Assembly: GCA_030704615.1 (NCBI GenBank)
Contig: CM060733.1
Span: 42,346,001 to 42,410,000 of the forward strand
Source: Takakia lepidozioides
Taxonomy: Eukaryota > Plantae > Bryophyta
Direction: 5' to 3'
Length of the DNA stretch: 64,000 nucleotides
Made by a program: the position numbers and the translations under genes. The notes under the pieces are model-generated. The model was not told where the DNA came from. It saw only the letters and a program-made list of their open reading frames with translations, and did no database searches. Shown here one piece after another: positions 12,400 to 24,686 of the stretch (position 1 is its first letter; the number at the start of each line of letters is the position of its first letter).

Positions 12400-14200
12400 A
12401 GTTTTCATGCGCCACATGAGGCCTCTAACATCCTGAAATGCAAGGACTTGAAATGAAGGCATCGCCTATGTACCTGTACAGAAGGCGCATTGCTGCTTTG
12501 TCCACGTTTGGCTGGTCGGTGAACTCGTGGCTTCGGCGGGCATGGGGTATCTCCCGAAAGAATAGGTCGGTTTTGTAGAGCAGAAAGTACCTCGTCACAT
12601 AGTCGCGTAGACTCTCTGCTGCAGGAGAAATCTCCATCTTGAACTGAAGTGCTTGTGTGTCCAGCTGCTCTTGCGCATTCGTTGTCACCTGTGGAGATTC
12701 TCCATCAGATCGGTTTCCTGAAAAAATACAATGAATCCACCCCCTACAAGAGTAGAAGCGCCAAACGAAGCGTGGGGAAGTACCTGAAACCACCATGTCA
12801 TGCGGTTCATCCACATGTCGAATGTGGGGTCAGACAGTTTGTCCGGTTTGGGGAAGCTCCACATGTCCCTTGTACTTTGGGAACCATTCCAGATTTGGAG
12901 CCACCGGGTCTGTCCAACCACCCAGCATATTCGTAAGCGCCAAACACCACAAAAACGAGTTGTTGCCACCACAATTTGGTTAAGAATGTATCACCTTTTC
13001 TAGTGCATCCACACAGGATGTGGCTAGACGATGGAGCTTCTCCAATGTCATCGTGGGCTTCAGAGCATGGGAGTAGTGCTTCCCCACCTCCACCAGAAAG
13101 TCGGCACCAAGGGCGGGATCAGCTATGGCCACGTACTTTACCATCCGCGACTTGTACTTTATGCGGGCCCTGGCCTCCGCAGCTTTGAGATACGATTCGA
13201 GTGCCGGGAGGGTTAGATTCTTCTCCTCTGACTCCATGTAGAACCTCCGCGCATATGCCAAATCCTGCTGAATTTTTGTCTGTCAAGAATGCGCACATAA
13301 GATTAGAGATCCTGCTCAACACTTTTTCTTCTATTGGGGGAGGAGACACAGATTAGCTCAACAAATCTGTCAGGAGCTTTACCCGAAATATGTAGTCCAC
13401 CATGGCGTCCACGCTCAGCCTATACCAGGTTCTGTCTGCCTTTGCCTCCAACTTGCGTAGGAGGTCGGCACTGAGCGAATTGGCAAACTCTTGCACCCCC
13501 TGCTTCCCGACATCCTTCACTCGGAAGAGCATATGGGACAAGTTGGTGGCAATGAATGTCGCGGCCCTTTGCCTTGAGGGCAGGGGGTCGAGACACATGA
13601 GGGGCTGCCCCTGTGGTGGGGGTAGCGGCAGCGATAGGTATGGGGGGGCTGAAGCACCCTTGAGTGCCCAAAGCACTCAAGGAAGCAGAGGCGCTCACTA
13701 GGTGGAGCCCCGCACACCGGGTTGCAGTGGGGGTGACTCCACAATGGGTGGTGGTAGCTTAGCAGGACTTAGTGGGGGTGACATAGGACTCACCATGAGG
13801 TGGAGACCTCGAGGTGGGAGTCGTGGGGAGTCTTGGGACTCATCACGGTCCAATGGGGCCGCGGTGAGTGGGCCAAGACTCACATCGACTCATCACCGGG
13901 AGTCGAGGGTTTTCGTGGTGGTTCGCCATAAAATGGCATGGCTAGTTGTGGAACCCCCGCGGACAGCTACAGAAGTATATATAGAGGAGTAGTAACCCCG
14001 AGAACGGTGCAAGCCCGTTGGTGACGAAAAACTAGTGAGTAAGCGAGCGAGCCGGAAAGCGACCAAAGAGTGGGGAGCTGTTCTGGACTGCCAACTACCA
14101 AAGGGAATTCCCGCTGGTTCCAAATCGGTGGAGGGTTCTTTGGGAGAACAAAGGCGGACCGTTATGCCCCGGTGAGCAGCTGAAGCTCTAAGTTGGCCCG
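12400..14200 (-). mobile_element. Degenerate gag/ORF1-like insertion within the ParB-MTase gene; part duplicated at 43905-44208
   Basis: Chain of broken minus-strand ORFs (13353..13676, 12980..13261, 12685..12972, 12425..12814); 13566-13868 is similar to 43908-44208. Confidence 0.4.
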
Positions 14201-14265
14201 ACGGCCAGGTTGGGAGTTAGGCGCGCGCATCAAAACGAGTAACTATGACTTGAGGGGGAGCTTAC

Positions 14266-15833
14266 CGAAGTGAGATGCGCGACAATGAAGGCATTCTCAG
14301 TCACCCTGCAATGCCACATTTCCATCAAACAATACTGAAATGGGAATTTTCAACGAATATGAGGATTCGCAATGAAATGACTTATAATCGGATGGGTCCA
14401 AAAGCAAGAGGCGTTGTAACTTACGAGTTGATGTCTGCCATTGCAGCTTTGAGAAGACTGCGATCTTTGGGCCCCACAACCTTCAGCACAACACACTCCA
14501 CGGCGAAATGCCAATCGAGGTTGTTGGGGTGGGCTTTCGCTATGTGCTCCATCCATGCCAGGAGGCGATGATTGCCGTCCCACACGTAAAACATCTTACC
14601 GGACAAGTGCTGGAAAAGAGGATCAGTAGCAATCGATCTCTCGAACTCCTCATTTCGCCTTTGCCAATGGGGACCCCATTTGTCCACCTCATCAGAAGTG
14701 TGGGCACGGGAAGCTCCGTGGTCGTTCTCAATGGAAACGTAAAACGCGGTAGACCCCATTCGATATCCATCCCGAAAAGAGAATTTCAGCGTGTCGATAT
14801 CGCCTGGGAGGGCAGGTCTCACCACCTGCAATGACACCAAGTGGCAAAGGGGAATTCGAAGCTTGGCCGGGTACACCATGCCCCCCAGCACCCTGCCAAT
14901 GTTGTTGTGGGTTGCCTCCAACATCTTGGCAGCGGCCAACTTCATATCCGCCTCCGACATGTCGTCTGCTGCAAAGGGGTTCTTCAGCAACCCACCAGGA
15001 CCGCCAAATCCAGCCTGTACGCTGCGGGTTTGGGGCCTGGGGATGTCCGAGAGGATGTCATCCTGGTCAAAAAGCTCCCTGTCGTCCTCGTCAACATGGT
15101 CAGCCACCGGCGAAACCACCTCGAGCACTCTCCCCATCTTTACTGCCCTCTCCCCGACTTCACCTCGAACTTGCACAATCCGTGCTCTTTCTGGTGTTCT
15201 TTCCTCTCCTCCACTCTCCACCGTATGGGTAATTGCAGGGGCTGCTCTTGCCCGCGATGGTCTAACCGGTGTGTTACTGCCTCTTTGTGGTGTCTTGGAG
15301 GGATCCACTGTCTCTGTGCGTCCCTCGCTTACATGGGCATCTGTCATTTCGGCACCCCTGGCCTCTTCAGTGGCCTTTTCTCTTTCCTCCTGGCTAGCCT
15401 TCTGTCTCGCCTATTCTTTTTCCCTCTCTTTTGCCCTCTCACGGGCTTTCTGTTTCTTAATAGGGCTAGCAGCAGGGGAGACGACCACCTTTGATTGAGG
15501 CGAACTGACACCCTCGCGCGCACTGCTCACTCCCCCCTCCGCAACCCGTGACGGCTCTCTCGCCGGGGATTGCATGTGCTTGGCTTTCTTCTTCTTCTTT
15601 GCGTGGGCGGGCCCTACTACATGTGCATCAACAACCTCCATTGCCGGATTTGCTGTCCTCACGTCCTCACACCCTTCACCTGCCATGCCACCTGCACCAA
15701 CCTCCCCAATGCCTATTCTGTCGTACTCTCGCTGCAGGTCCTCCCGTCCACCAACAAAAGGTTTAAGTTTACCCTCTCGCCCCAAGTTGGGCGATTCAAA
15801 CATGCGATGAGTTGCAGCTGTCGATGATACCAC
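14266..15833 (-). pseudogene. 5' exons of the ParB-MTase gene: low-complexity N-terminus + ParB/Sulfiredoxin-like domain
   Basis: One frame 15833->14425 with a single in-frame TAG at 15411; MFYVWDGNHRLLAW motif; phase-2 intron 14424-14306 then a 40-nt exon giving DINSVTENAFIVAHLTS and a GTAAG donor. Confidence 0.75.
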
Positions 15834-15894
15834 CAGCGTGCCGGGCTCGTCGTCACACTGTCATTCCCAAAAATCGTGAGAACCAACATCGGAA

Positions 15895-16170
15895 TAAAAA
15901 CCACCATCTTCCAGTATCATTTGCTCATAGATCTCCAAAGCCTCCCTACCATACCCATGCTGAGCATATCCCGTGATCATGGCGTTCCAAGAGACCACAT
16001 CTTGTTGAGTTACATTGTCAAACACTTTGCGCGCTTCTACATTTAGCATACGGGCTGTCTCGAGAATGATATCTGACCCAATTCTAGCTTTGATGATGTT
16101 AGCATGTACCTTTGTGCCCTTTTCAAGAGCTTGGAGGCTCTCACACGCACGAAGAACGCAGAAAAATACC
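15895..16170 (-). pseudogene. PLS-type PPR gene fragment
   Basis: ACESLQALEKGTKVHANII...ARKVFDNVTQQDVVSWNAMITGYAQHGYGREALEIYEQM. Confidence 0.85.
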
Positions 16171-16946
16171 CTCTTGTTTGGGCTGAGCCCTTGGTGCGTT
16201 GAATCGCCTCCTTGGTTCACAATGCGCAGCGCTCCTTCAGGCCATTCAAGAAAGCTTCGGGTCAAGAAAGGTTCTGGGTTTTTGGGCAGGCCGGGCAGGT
16301 CCGACGAAAATTGACGACGACGAATCGTGGCGACGATGACGAGGTGCACCCTATTCCTGCTCTCGCTAAACTAGCTTCCGACCTTCGGTCGTCGCTACAG
16401 TTAAGAGTAAAATAAAATAATTTTGCCTTAGGTGCGTAGGGATTGGGCCTAGTACCCTACTATGGTGATATCGTGGTGGTCGTCATCAACAGGACGAGGT
16501 TAGAGGAGTTTGCCGCGCGGGTTTGGCTTCGTTTTCTGTCTGCGGGCGGGCGTTTGCATTTCTGCTTGCCTGCGTCTGTGGGCCTCTCTGCTGTGCGCGG
16601 GCTCGTCTTTGAGCGTTCTTGTTTCGGATTCAGCCTGCGTGTGCAAGCGTTTTGGCTTTGGTGTGCGTGCGGGTTCTCGGCGGGGTTGTTCGAGGTAATA
16701 AAGCTTCCGCCGCGGTTGATCATCAGCTGCGTGGATACTATTCTTTTTTGTGCGTCTGTTGTTTCTCTTGATCATGTGCCTGGACGGACGAAGTGGTTGG
16801 TGTGTCGAAATTAAACCATCACTCATTCGGTGATCTAGGGTTTGGTGGGCGGTGTACAGGTTGAACATGGATAGCGCTTTTTAAGTCGCTGGATTAGCCC
16901 GTCCTTTCTTCTGGAGCTTCTTTCTTCGCTTGCAACTCTTTGCCTG

Positions 16947-17181
16947 ATGGAGGACATGGAGGTGGTTGACGCCTACGGAGACCTCCGCCAACTCTTGCAG
17001 GCGAAATGTCTAGGTTCGAAGTTCAGTGATACCGACATCAAGAGATTGGTGGATGCGGGATTTGAATCAGAAACTGATCTTAAAGCAGGCGATAGGGAAT
17101 CCTTGATGAGCACTCTTCCTGGACGACCTGGTAAAGTGGCCGTTCTCCTCAAGACATTCGCCCAATCTGAAGCCACCACAG
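16947..17181 (+). CDS. Gene B first exon: SAM-like helical CR header, ending QSEATTG at a phase-1 donor
   Basis: 235 nt (3n+1), CAG|GTGCGT; LRQLLQAKC...FSDTDIKRLVDAGF...DRESL...GRPGKVAVLLKTF is homologous to the header at 32390-32632. Confidence 0.7.
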
Positions 17182-20100
17182 GTGCGTTTGGTCTAATTCG
17201 GAGGTTATGACGTTTTAGGGTTTTCTTAGCATGAAGACTGTTTTTTCGTTCAATTTTTTTCTTCGAATACCGCTGCTGATGCTGGGATCTTTTCTTGATA
17301 CTTTTGATAGCTAGGGTTTGTTTATTTCACGCTACAAGTATCAGTAATTCTTAAAATTCAAAAGTCCACAAATGATCACTATCACTTCTATTAGCAACCC
17401 CCTTGTGAGAAGGAAGCGACAAGAGAAGGGCAGAGATAACTAAGAAAGAGGAGGTCTCCAAGAAAAAGGAGAACATTCATGGGATTGTAGGAGGAAACTC
17501 GCTCTGACATGTGCCAGTAGAGCAGGATTAGACTGGATATTTCAAGCAGAGTGAATCACATGGTCTTAATTTGGGCCTCCAATTCTTTTGGAGCAATCAG
17601 AGATTGATCAACAAGTAGCATATTGGTGTGAGGTAGATATAGAGTCATTTCAATCGCATAATGTCCTTCTTTAATTTTTTAACCAGCTCATAAAACTCAG
17701 CACACAACATCACTGCAAACAGGGTTTTAGTCTCAGATCTTGTGAGAAGAAAAGATGTCCTAACCTGGTCAGGGTTAGGGTTTAGAGTTTGTCGTCACCG
17801 GATCATTTGCTCCTTTTGAAGAGGAAATGATAATATTAGGTATGACTTCAGAATCCTTGGTTGATTATGATCTCAAATGCCAATGAGCAGCTTGTCTTCT
17901 AACGCATTCCTTCGTCAGGTGCAGAACCTTCTGTGACAGTGTTCACCCATTAGCTAGGGTGTCAGATAGTGTGTCATGGAGAGAGTCTGGTGAATGTCGA
18001 TGGGTTGCCTAGGGCAGACTGAGCCCGTTTGTTTTTATGTCTGCAATTCTGGTGATGGGCAGGCACATTTGAATTCTTGCAAGACAATTGGGCAGTTGAT
18101 TGTTGAAACCGCTGCAGTTGCTGATTTGTTCAATGCATAGCTTGGAGTCAAGTGTTTGCAATTTTTTTGGTTTCTTGGCTGCGTTGTGCACTCAGGGTTT
18201 CAACAGCTTCTCCCAATCCCGTGTGTGATCCTGTGTACGGTTGATACACGCAGTTTATTCATTCAATAGATCCATGTTAACAAGTAATATATGAGGAGGG
18301 TCCTTTGAAAGACACGGTTGTTTGTTATTTATATGGGTCTACAGCATATTACTTAAGTTTTTCCTTATCTGGTTATCTGTAGTTACTCCTGATGAATGAA
18401 TGAGTTCTCTTTGTTTCCTTTCCCTGCAATATCCTGCAGGTAGGCATCACCCAGGGTAATTCTCTAGAATGTATTTTCTAGAACGATGCTAATCAGGCTG
18501 CTCATAGAGCTGTCGAGCAGTCTGATAAGAGCCAGCGTATGGCAGCGTCCAATTTATATTCCTAGTCATTTTGTTGGTTGATAGATTGCTGCGGGCAGCG
18601 CCTCCTACCCTCAGAGAATGGCTGAAGAAAAAGTTGCCGGATCATGTTCTATGGTTTTGAGTTGCCATTTTGTTGAGCTTGCTGCATTGCACTGCTTCTT
18701 GGAAATGTCTGGCCGTGAACCTTTGTGGGCACTTTTCGGGCAAGGTCAGAGGGCAAGCCCTTCTGAATCTCTTGAAGCGCAGTGGTCGGTCAGATTGCGG
18801 CAGATGATGGCAGGTTTAAAGTGTTGTGTGGCCTGAAACCCTAACTCTAAAACGTCATTTTGGTAGTTCACTTGTGAGTGATTGCCGTCCTCGCATCCAC
18901 TTCTATTTTTATTGTGAGGGAGAGGGAGTCTTCCTTTGTGTCTCTGGAGCTCTCTTGGATTTTTTGCATCCATAACCATAACCGCAACAGTTTTGGACAG
19001 GCTCAATGGCATCCCAAGAGTATGTACAGGGTTAGGGTTTCAAATCTTCATCTGATTTTTGTTGCGTCTCTTGCTTCTTGGTTGAACGGTGTTGTGTCTG
19101 TCTTCGCAGGCTACTTTCTTTGTGGGATTGTTGGTTATGGAAACCATGGTTGATGGTTCAGGGTGTCAGATAGTGCGTCAAGGAGGGAGTCTGGTGAGTG
19201 TAAGTTTGTAGGGTTTGCTACCAATGTGTGAAGAATGAGTTTCTGTTCTCTCTTCAGTACTTTGATGCATGTGACCTGCGAATCAGTAGTGTTGTTCAAA
19301 CCTTTACGATTTCTTGAGTACCATCTTCAGAAGATAGAAAGCTCTAGCCGAATTTGTGCGCATGTTTTGAGCTGTTAATTGGTCGATGACAGAATGTGGT
19401 TGTTGGTGACTTATGTGAGTTAACCAAAACCACCTTGGCTGCAGAACCTTCTGTGACAGAGTTCACCCATTAGCTAGGGTGTCAGATAGTGCGTCATGGA
19501 GAGAGTCTGGTGAATGTCGATGGGTTGCCTAGGGCAGTCTGAGCCCGTTTGTTTTTATGTCTGCAATTCTGATGATGGGCAGGCACATTTGAATTCTCGC
19601 AAGACAATTGGGCAGTTGATTGTTGAACCTGCTGCAGTTGCTGATTTGTTCAATGATTCGTTCAATGCGTAGCTTGGAGTCAAGTGTTTGCAATTTTTTT
19701 GGTTTCTTGGCTGCGTTGTGCACTCAGGGTTTCAACAGCTTCTCCCAATCCCGTGTGTGATCCTGTGTACGGTTGATACATGCAGTTTATTCATTCGATA
19801 GATCCATGTTAACAAGTAAAATATGAGGGGGGTCCTTTGAAAGACACGGTTGTTTGTTAGGACAGGGTATTTCAAACTGAATCTAGTATCTTGAGATATT
19901 TGCATATTTTTAGCATTACAAGCAGCTTCTTGGTAGCGTTTATGGTTTGTTTTTTTTTCGTTATGTTTTTTGCTTTGAACCCTCTGAAGCTGCTGGTATG
20001 TTATCAATAGTACAGTGATTGCTGTCCTTACACCCTCTTCTATTTTTATTCCAAGTCGTTTTGTTGGTTGATACTTGTGGTTTATTCTTTTGTAGCACCC

Positions 20101-21097
20101 CCAGCAGGTAACAGGGTTTGCACTTGAAGGTTTCCAGACCTAAAGGACTATTATTTTCTTAAGGTGGGTCAGATTGCGGCAGATGAGGGCAGGTTTAAAG
20201 TGTTCTGCGTTCTTCTCTTCGGTGTGTTACGTTTTCCCAGTCTATATACATTGTCTATCACTGTTGTGGTTCTTGCCAAGATCCAGGTAGGGTACATGTA
20301 TTGGTTGTGCAATTGTTGGTGTTATGATGATTGGCTGTAAGGCCAACCATAATCTTTTGTCATTACGACCATGGTGGGTTAAGTTTATGTCACTGTACAA
20401 CTTCTCCCAGTAAAGCCTCTTCTGATCCCTTACAAGCTGATTGACCTCTTTACGCAGTTGGTAGTATCTAGACCAGAGCATTTTTTCATCTTTGATATTA
20501 CAGCAGTCCTTATAGAGCGCCTGCCTCTCAGCAATCTTGAGCTTGACCTCATGGGTCCACCAATTTACTGCTCTACCACAGATAATTAGTTTCCTTCCAT
20601 GACTCTATTAGCAGCAGAAGTGGCGAAGCTCTCCCAAGAATCTACAGCACCTTCTACCTCCCTCCTTGTGTCACCATGGGCAAGAGGAGAGATCTTGAAG
20701 TGACTGTGTAAAGTGTGGGAGGGCCTCTTTCAAGGCCAGGACATACTCTGTGATGGGTGGAGTCTGACATATATGCAGTGGGAGAGAGATTTGGTTTAGG
20801 GTTACAGGATGCTGCCATACAACAGCAGTTTCATCAGTAATTCCATGGTAAGAGTTTGGATGAATGCAGATCTTTTGAAATTTGACAAAATCTGACATAT
20901 TTGCAGGGGGAGAGAGATCTGCGAAGAGATTGAAAACCTCTGGAAACGGGTTTTCAGGTAGAGCTACTCTGTTACTTGGCCTTCCCTTCCATGTTCCCCT
21001 TCTCTTTGCATTTTCTTTGGTCATAGGCTTTGTTGGTGTATCTTTTGTATTGTTCAATTATTTGCAAGATAGGATGCTCTTATTTTTGATACATGGA
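17182..21097 (-). repeat. Right arm of the large inverted repeat = intron/micro-exon region of gene B
   Basis: Reverse complement of 1-3913; begins exactly at the GT donor of header B. Confidence 0.97.
20907..20957 (+). CDS. 51-nt phase 1-1 linker exon of gene B (GGERSAKRLKTSGNGFS, NLS-like); mirror copy for gene A at 141-191
   Basis: TTTGCAG|...TTTTCAG|GTAGAG, length 3n. Confidence 0.6.
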
Positions 21098-21105
21098 TCT
21101 GTCAG

Positions 21106-23182
21106 GAGTGACGGAAAGTGTGTGGGTTTTGCTTACAGAATCAGTGAAGGTGGTTATGCAAGAATGGAAATTGAAATTTTCTGGGTTTTTGGACACGTTC
21201 AAAAGATGGGGTGCAATTTGTCTATACAGAACGGTGTGCCACTTGACCACCGTGGTTATCCAAGCATTTTACTGGATAAATTAACTGCTCGTTGGACTGA
21301 AGATGTTGGTGATTTGTGGGAACGAGCGAATGATGGCTCGACTGGTGTTGTGCCAGTTGTTGGAGTGAGTGGGAGTGGGAAAACTCGGTTTCTTTACGAG
21401 CTGCTTGCAGAGAAGTGGGGTTTTTTTTGGACAGCTAAAACCAAAGGAAACGGTGGGTCAGATGATGTCGCCTCTGTGAGTTCTCACGAGATAGAGGTCG
21501 ATAAGACAATGAATCACAGGAATGTGATGAAACGTATGAGGTGTGCCATTCTTTCAAGGTTGTTAATCTTGGAATTTTGTCACCAAGAAATTCCTGATTT
21601 GAGTCCTCTGCAATGGCTCATGCTCCAGGTGCAATTCCGTGCTTTCCTTGGTGCAGATCGTAACGATCTATATGATGTGCTTACTCGGAAACTTTTTAAC
21701 GTGGTTACTTCCCTGGAAGATTCAGAGGGGCTAAATGCTAGGATAGAAAAACTGTGGACGGATTTAGAGGGGAAGGTTGGCACTTTCACTGTAGTTCTGG
21801 ATGAAGCACAGGTGTTGGGAAGGAAAATGTAAATGACTATGAATCCCCCGAGACGAAAGAGCTAAGGTCCATTTTTTCTCCGTTGATCAAAGCCCTAGTG
21901 GGGCCATCTACGCGTTGCCAAAGCAGAAAGTATTTGTTGCTGGTACAGGTGTCAGCTTTTTGAAGCTGGAAGCGGACATAGGTTCGCTGATTGCAAAAGA
22001 AGGGGGTGGTGGCCCGGTTCAATTTTCTTCTGCTCCATTTTCTTCATGGACAGATGTGCGTCAGGTTCTGAAATTCTGCAGCGAGTACCTGAAGCTAGAG
22101 GATGATCATATGGAGGACAATGCCCAGTATCTGCTGGAAAAGTTCAGAGGCCGTCGAAGGTGTTTGGTAAGTTGTGTCGAGCGCCTTCTGAGGAAGGCTG
22201 GAGGAAGATGGGATATAACCGTAGTAGACAACTATTTCAAGGAGATCACAAGCGACACCAATGACAGCACTTCCATTTATTATGCTGTGAGCGCTCTGTG
22301 TGGAGCAAAAGGCACATTTGTCCTGAAAGAAGAATCATTCAATGGTGCTTCCTTGGTGCAAAGAATAGGAACCTCCTTTGCCTATGCAGGGAGGGGAGAA
22401 CATAACCGTTTCAACGGACGGAGATATGACTTTGCTCGAGTGTGGCCTTGGACAGCTACACCATTCAACAGGTTCCCAATTCACTTTCTCTATAGTCGAA
22501 CGACAGTCCATCATAGCATCATGAACTATTTGACGATCAACCATTCATTTGAGAAATCACTGAAAGACTACATGGTTGATTGCAAGGATGATCCCAGTGC
22601 AATGGGTAGGGCATGGGAGAAACTTTTCACAGTTCATGTGGCCAAGCTGTTTGACGGCACAAAATTGTTGCCGATATGTGCTGTTTCAAGGATGCAACCC
22701 TGCCTCCAAAATTCGCAAGGGACAAGCCAACGATTACCGGTGAAGGTGAAGGAGTGTGGAGGGAGTCATATAGGATCCACACCGTAAGTAAATTTCTTGA
22801 TGCTGAAGAGAAATCTCGTCCGCCATGCCTCATTTTTGACGACAGATCTGGAGCTGATGTTCTTTTTGTTGTGAGACTTGGGAATTTGAAGATTCCGGTC
22901 TTCTGTCAACTGAAGCTGCGATCTGAGGTGCAGTGTGGCTAGAGCGTGGCAACTACAGATCCGGAACAGATGTACAAGAATAGTTCCGAGTCCAAAACAG
23001 GGTGCTTGCCGCATGCAAAGATGGTTGCATCCAGCTTGGTAGTTGCCTATCCTGCAAAGAAGCCAGCTAAACTCCAATCTGAATGCCAAGATAATCGTTT
23101 ATTGGCTATATTGGACAGGTAGAAGCGGAGGATTTGTTTGACCGCGTGGTTATGTGATTTCTTACGTTCTATCAAGGAGTGA
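21106..23182 (+). pseudogene. Gene B effector exon: Crinkler-type P-loop NTPase + PD-(D/E)xK restriction-endonuclease-fold nuclease, frameshifted
   Basis: PSILLDKL; Walker A VVGVSGSGKTR; Walker B FTVVLDEAQ; GRAWE; SGADVLFVV...VFCQLK. Frames switch at ~21215, 21830, 21915, 22410 and 22680. Phase-1 acceptor GTCAG|GA at 21105. Confidence 0.8.
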
Positions 23183-23823
23183 CGGGACAAATTTTGTGAT
23201 GGCTCATGGAGTATTGAGAAGGTTCATTGGGATACTGGCTCTATTTTTTTGTGTTTGGTGACATTTCTATATATTCTCTTGTTGCTGTCACACCTTTCCA
23301 CGCTACAGAAGTATACTACTAAGTTAGACTGCTTCTGTATTCAACCACGGACCAACTTCAAGAACCTGTGAAAAAGGGACACAAATTAATGACAAGTATG
23401 TTTTCATGAACCAATCAATTTCATCAGTTTTTGTGTTACACTGATACGATGGTGTGACAAGTTTGCAGGATATTCCAGAATAATTTTGTTTTCCAGGGGA
23501 GTCGGCAGGTCAATTGGTTCAACACCAAGGCGCGGTTGTGTGTTGTAGTGCACTGGGCACAGGTGCCATTGAGAATTGAGATTAGGTGTTATTCTTGAAG
23601 TTGGGTTTTGGCTACACTTGGCGGTGAGTCAAGTGAACCAAATAGCGTTAAGATAGACTTCTCTAGGAGTTGTAGACCAGAGTTTTTCATATCGTTGGAA
23701 GATGTGCAGGCACTCTGAGTATCAGATTCCTTGTGTGTGTTGACGACGGCTTCTCTGCAGTGATTTCCGTGATCACTTTTGATTTTTGTGATTTACCATT
23801 CGGAAATTAAAAAACCAACAACA

Positions 23824-23890
23824 GGTCGGTAGCTCAGTTGGCTAAGAGCACTAAGTGCGACGAGGCGATTCTGGTCGTCGAATCTTGCTA
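23824..23890 (+). mobile_element. tRNA-derived SINE head or tRNA pseudogene fragment
   Basis: GGTCGGTAGCTCAGTTGGCTAAGAGCA (A-box/D-arm); degenerate B-box GGTCGTCGAATC; no full cloverleaf. Confidence 0.4.
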
Positions 23891-24187
23891 CTGACGGGTG
23901 TGGCATACTCTTCTCCCGGGTTCCTGGTCCAGTTCCTATGCCTCGCGGCGCGGTTACTGTGAAAGAGGTTATTTTCTCCTCTCACTGTTAAGGGGCCCCT
24001 TGATTTTGAAGCTGTCGCTCCCCAGGTGGTTCCCCTTTTTTTAAGAAAAAACAATAAATAAAATAAAATAAAAGATAAATACAAATACGTGAAGAATACA
24101 AATATATGAAGAGGTACAATACATGAAGAAATCAAAAGTGCTTTTTATTTCGGAACAAGGGAGTAAAAGATGAAAACCATTATTTAN

Positions 24188-24686
24188 NNNNNNNNNNNNN
24201 NNNNNNNNNNNNNNNNNNNNNNNNNNNNNNNNNNNNNNNNNNNNNNNNNNNNNNNNNNNNNNNNNNNNNNNNNNNNNNNNNNNNNNNNNNNNNNNNNNNN
24301 NNNNNNNNNNNNNNNNNNNNNNNNNNNNNNNNNNNNNNNNNNNNNNNNNNNNNNNNNNNNNNNNNNNNNNNNNNNNNNNNNNNNNNNNNNNNNNNNNNNN
24401 NNNNNNNNNNNNNNNNNNNNNNNNNNNNNNNNNNNNNNNNNNNNNNNNNNNNNNNNNNNNNNNNNNNNNNNNNNNNNNNNNNNNNNNNNNNNNNNNNNNN
24501 NNNNNNNNNNNNNNNNNNNNNNNNNNNNNNNNNNNNNNNNNNNNNNNNNNNNNNNNNNNNNNNNNNNNNNNNNNNNNNNNNNNNNNNNNNNNNNNNNNNN
24601 NNNNNNNNNNNNNNNNNNNNNNNNNNNNNNNNNNNNNNNNNNNNNNNNNNNNNNNNNNNNNNNNNNNNNNNNNNNNNNNNNNNNNN
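24188..24686. other. Assembly gap (N run)
   Basis: Run of n characters. Confidence 1.

Larger units (their letters stand above)
9052..15890 (-). mobile_element. CACTA-like element remnant: one terminus (CACTAGTGGGGGG) with subterminal repeats, carrying a ParB + methyltransferase gene; second end not found
   Basis: CACTA at 9052 exactly where gag-type sequence stops; subterminal repeats CATGAGC x4 and CACGGAAATAGGGT x2. Confidence 0.55.

Noticed and set aside
14508-15827. Long plus-strand ORFs opposite the ParB exon
   Set aside because: Antisense shadows of a GC-rich coding frame, with no motifs.
1-21097. Giant TIR transposon (Polinton/Mutator/foldback) explaining the inverted repeat
   Set aside because: The arms are gene introns that also occur in genes C and D. 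No polB, integrase or MULE transposase lies in the spacer, and the outer ends/TSD are not visible. Not fully excluded.
23824-23890. Functional tRNA gene
   Set aside because: Only the D-arm/A-box is recognisable; no proper T-arm or acceptor stem.
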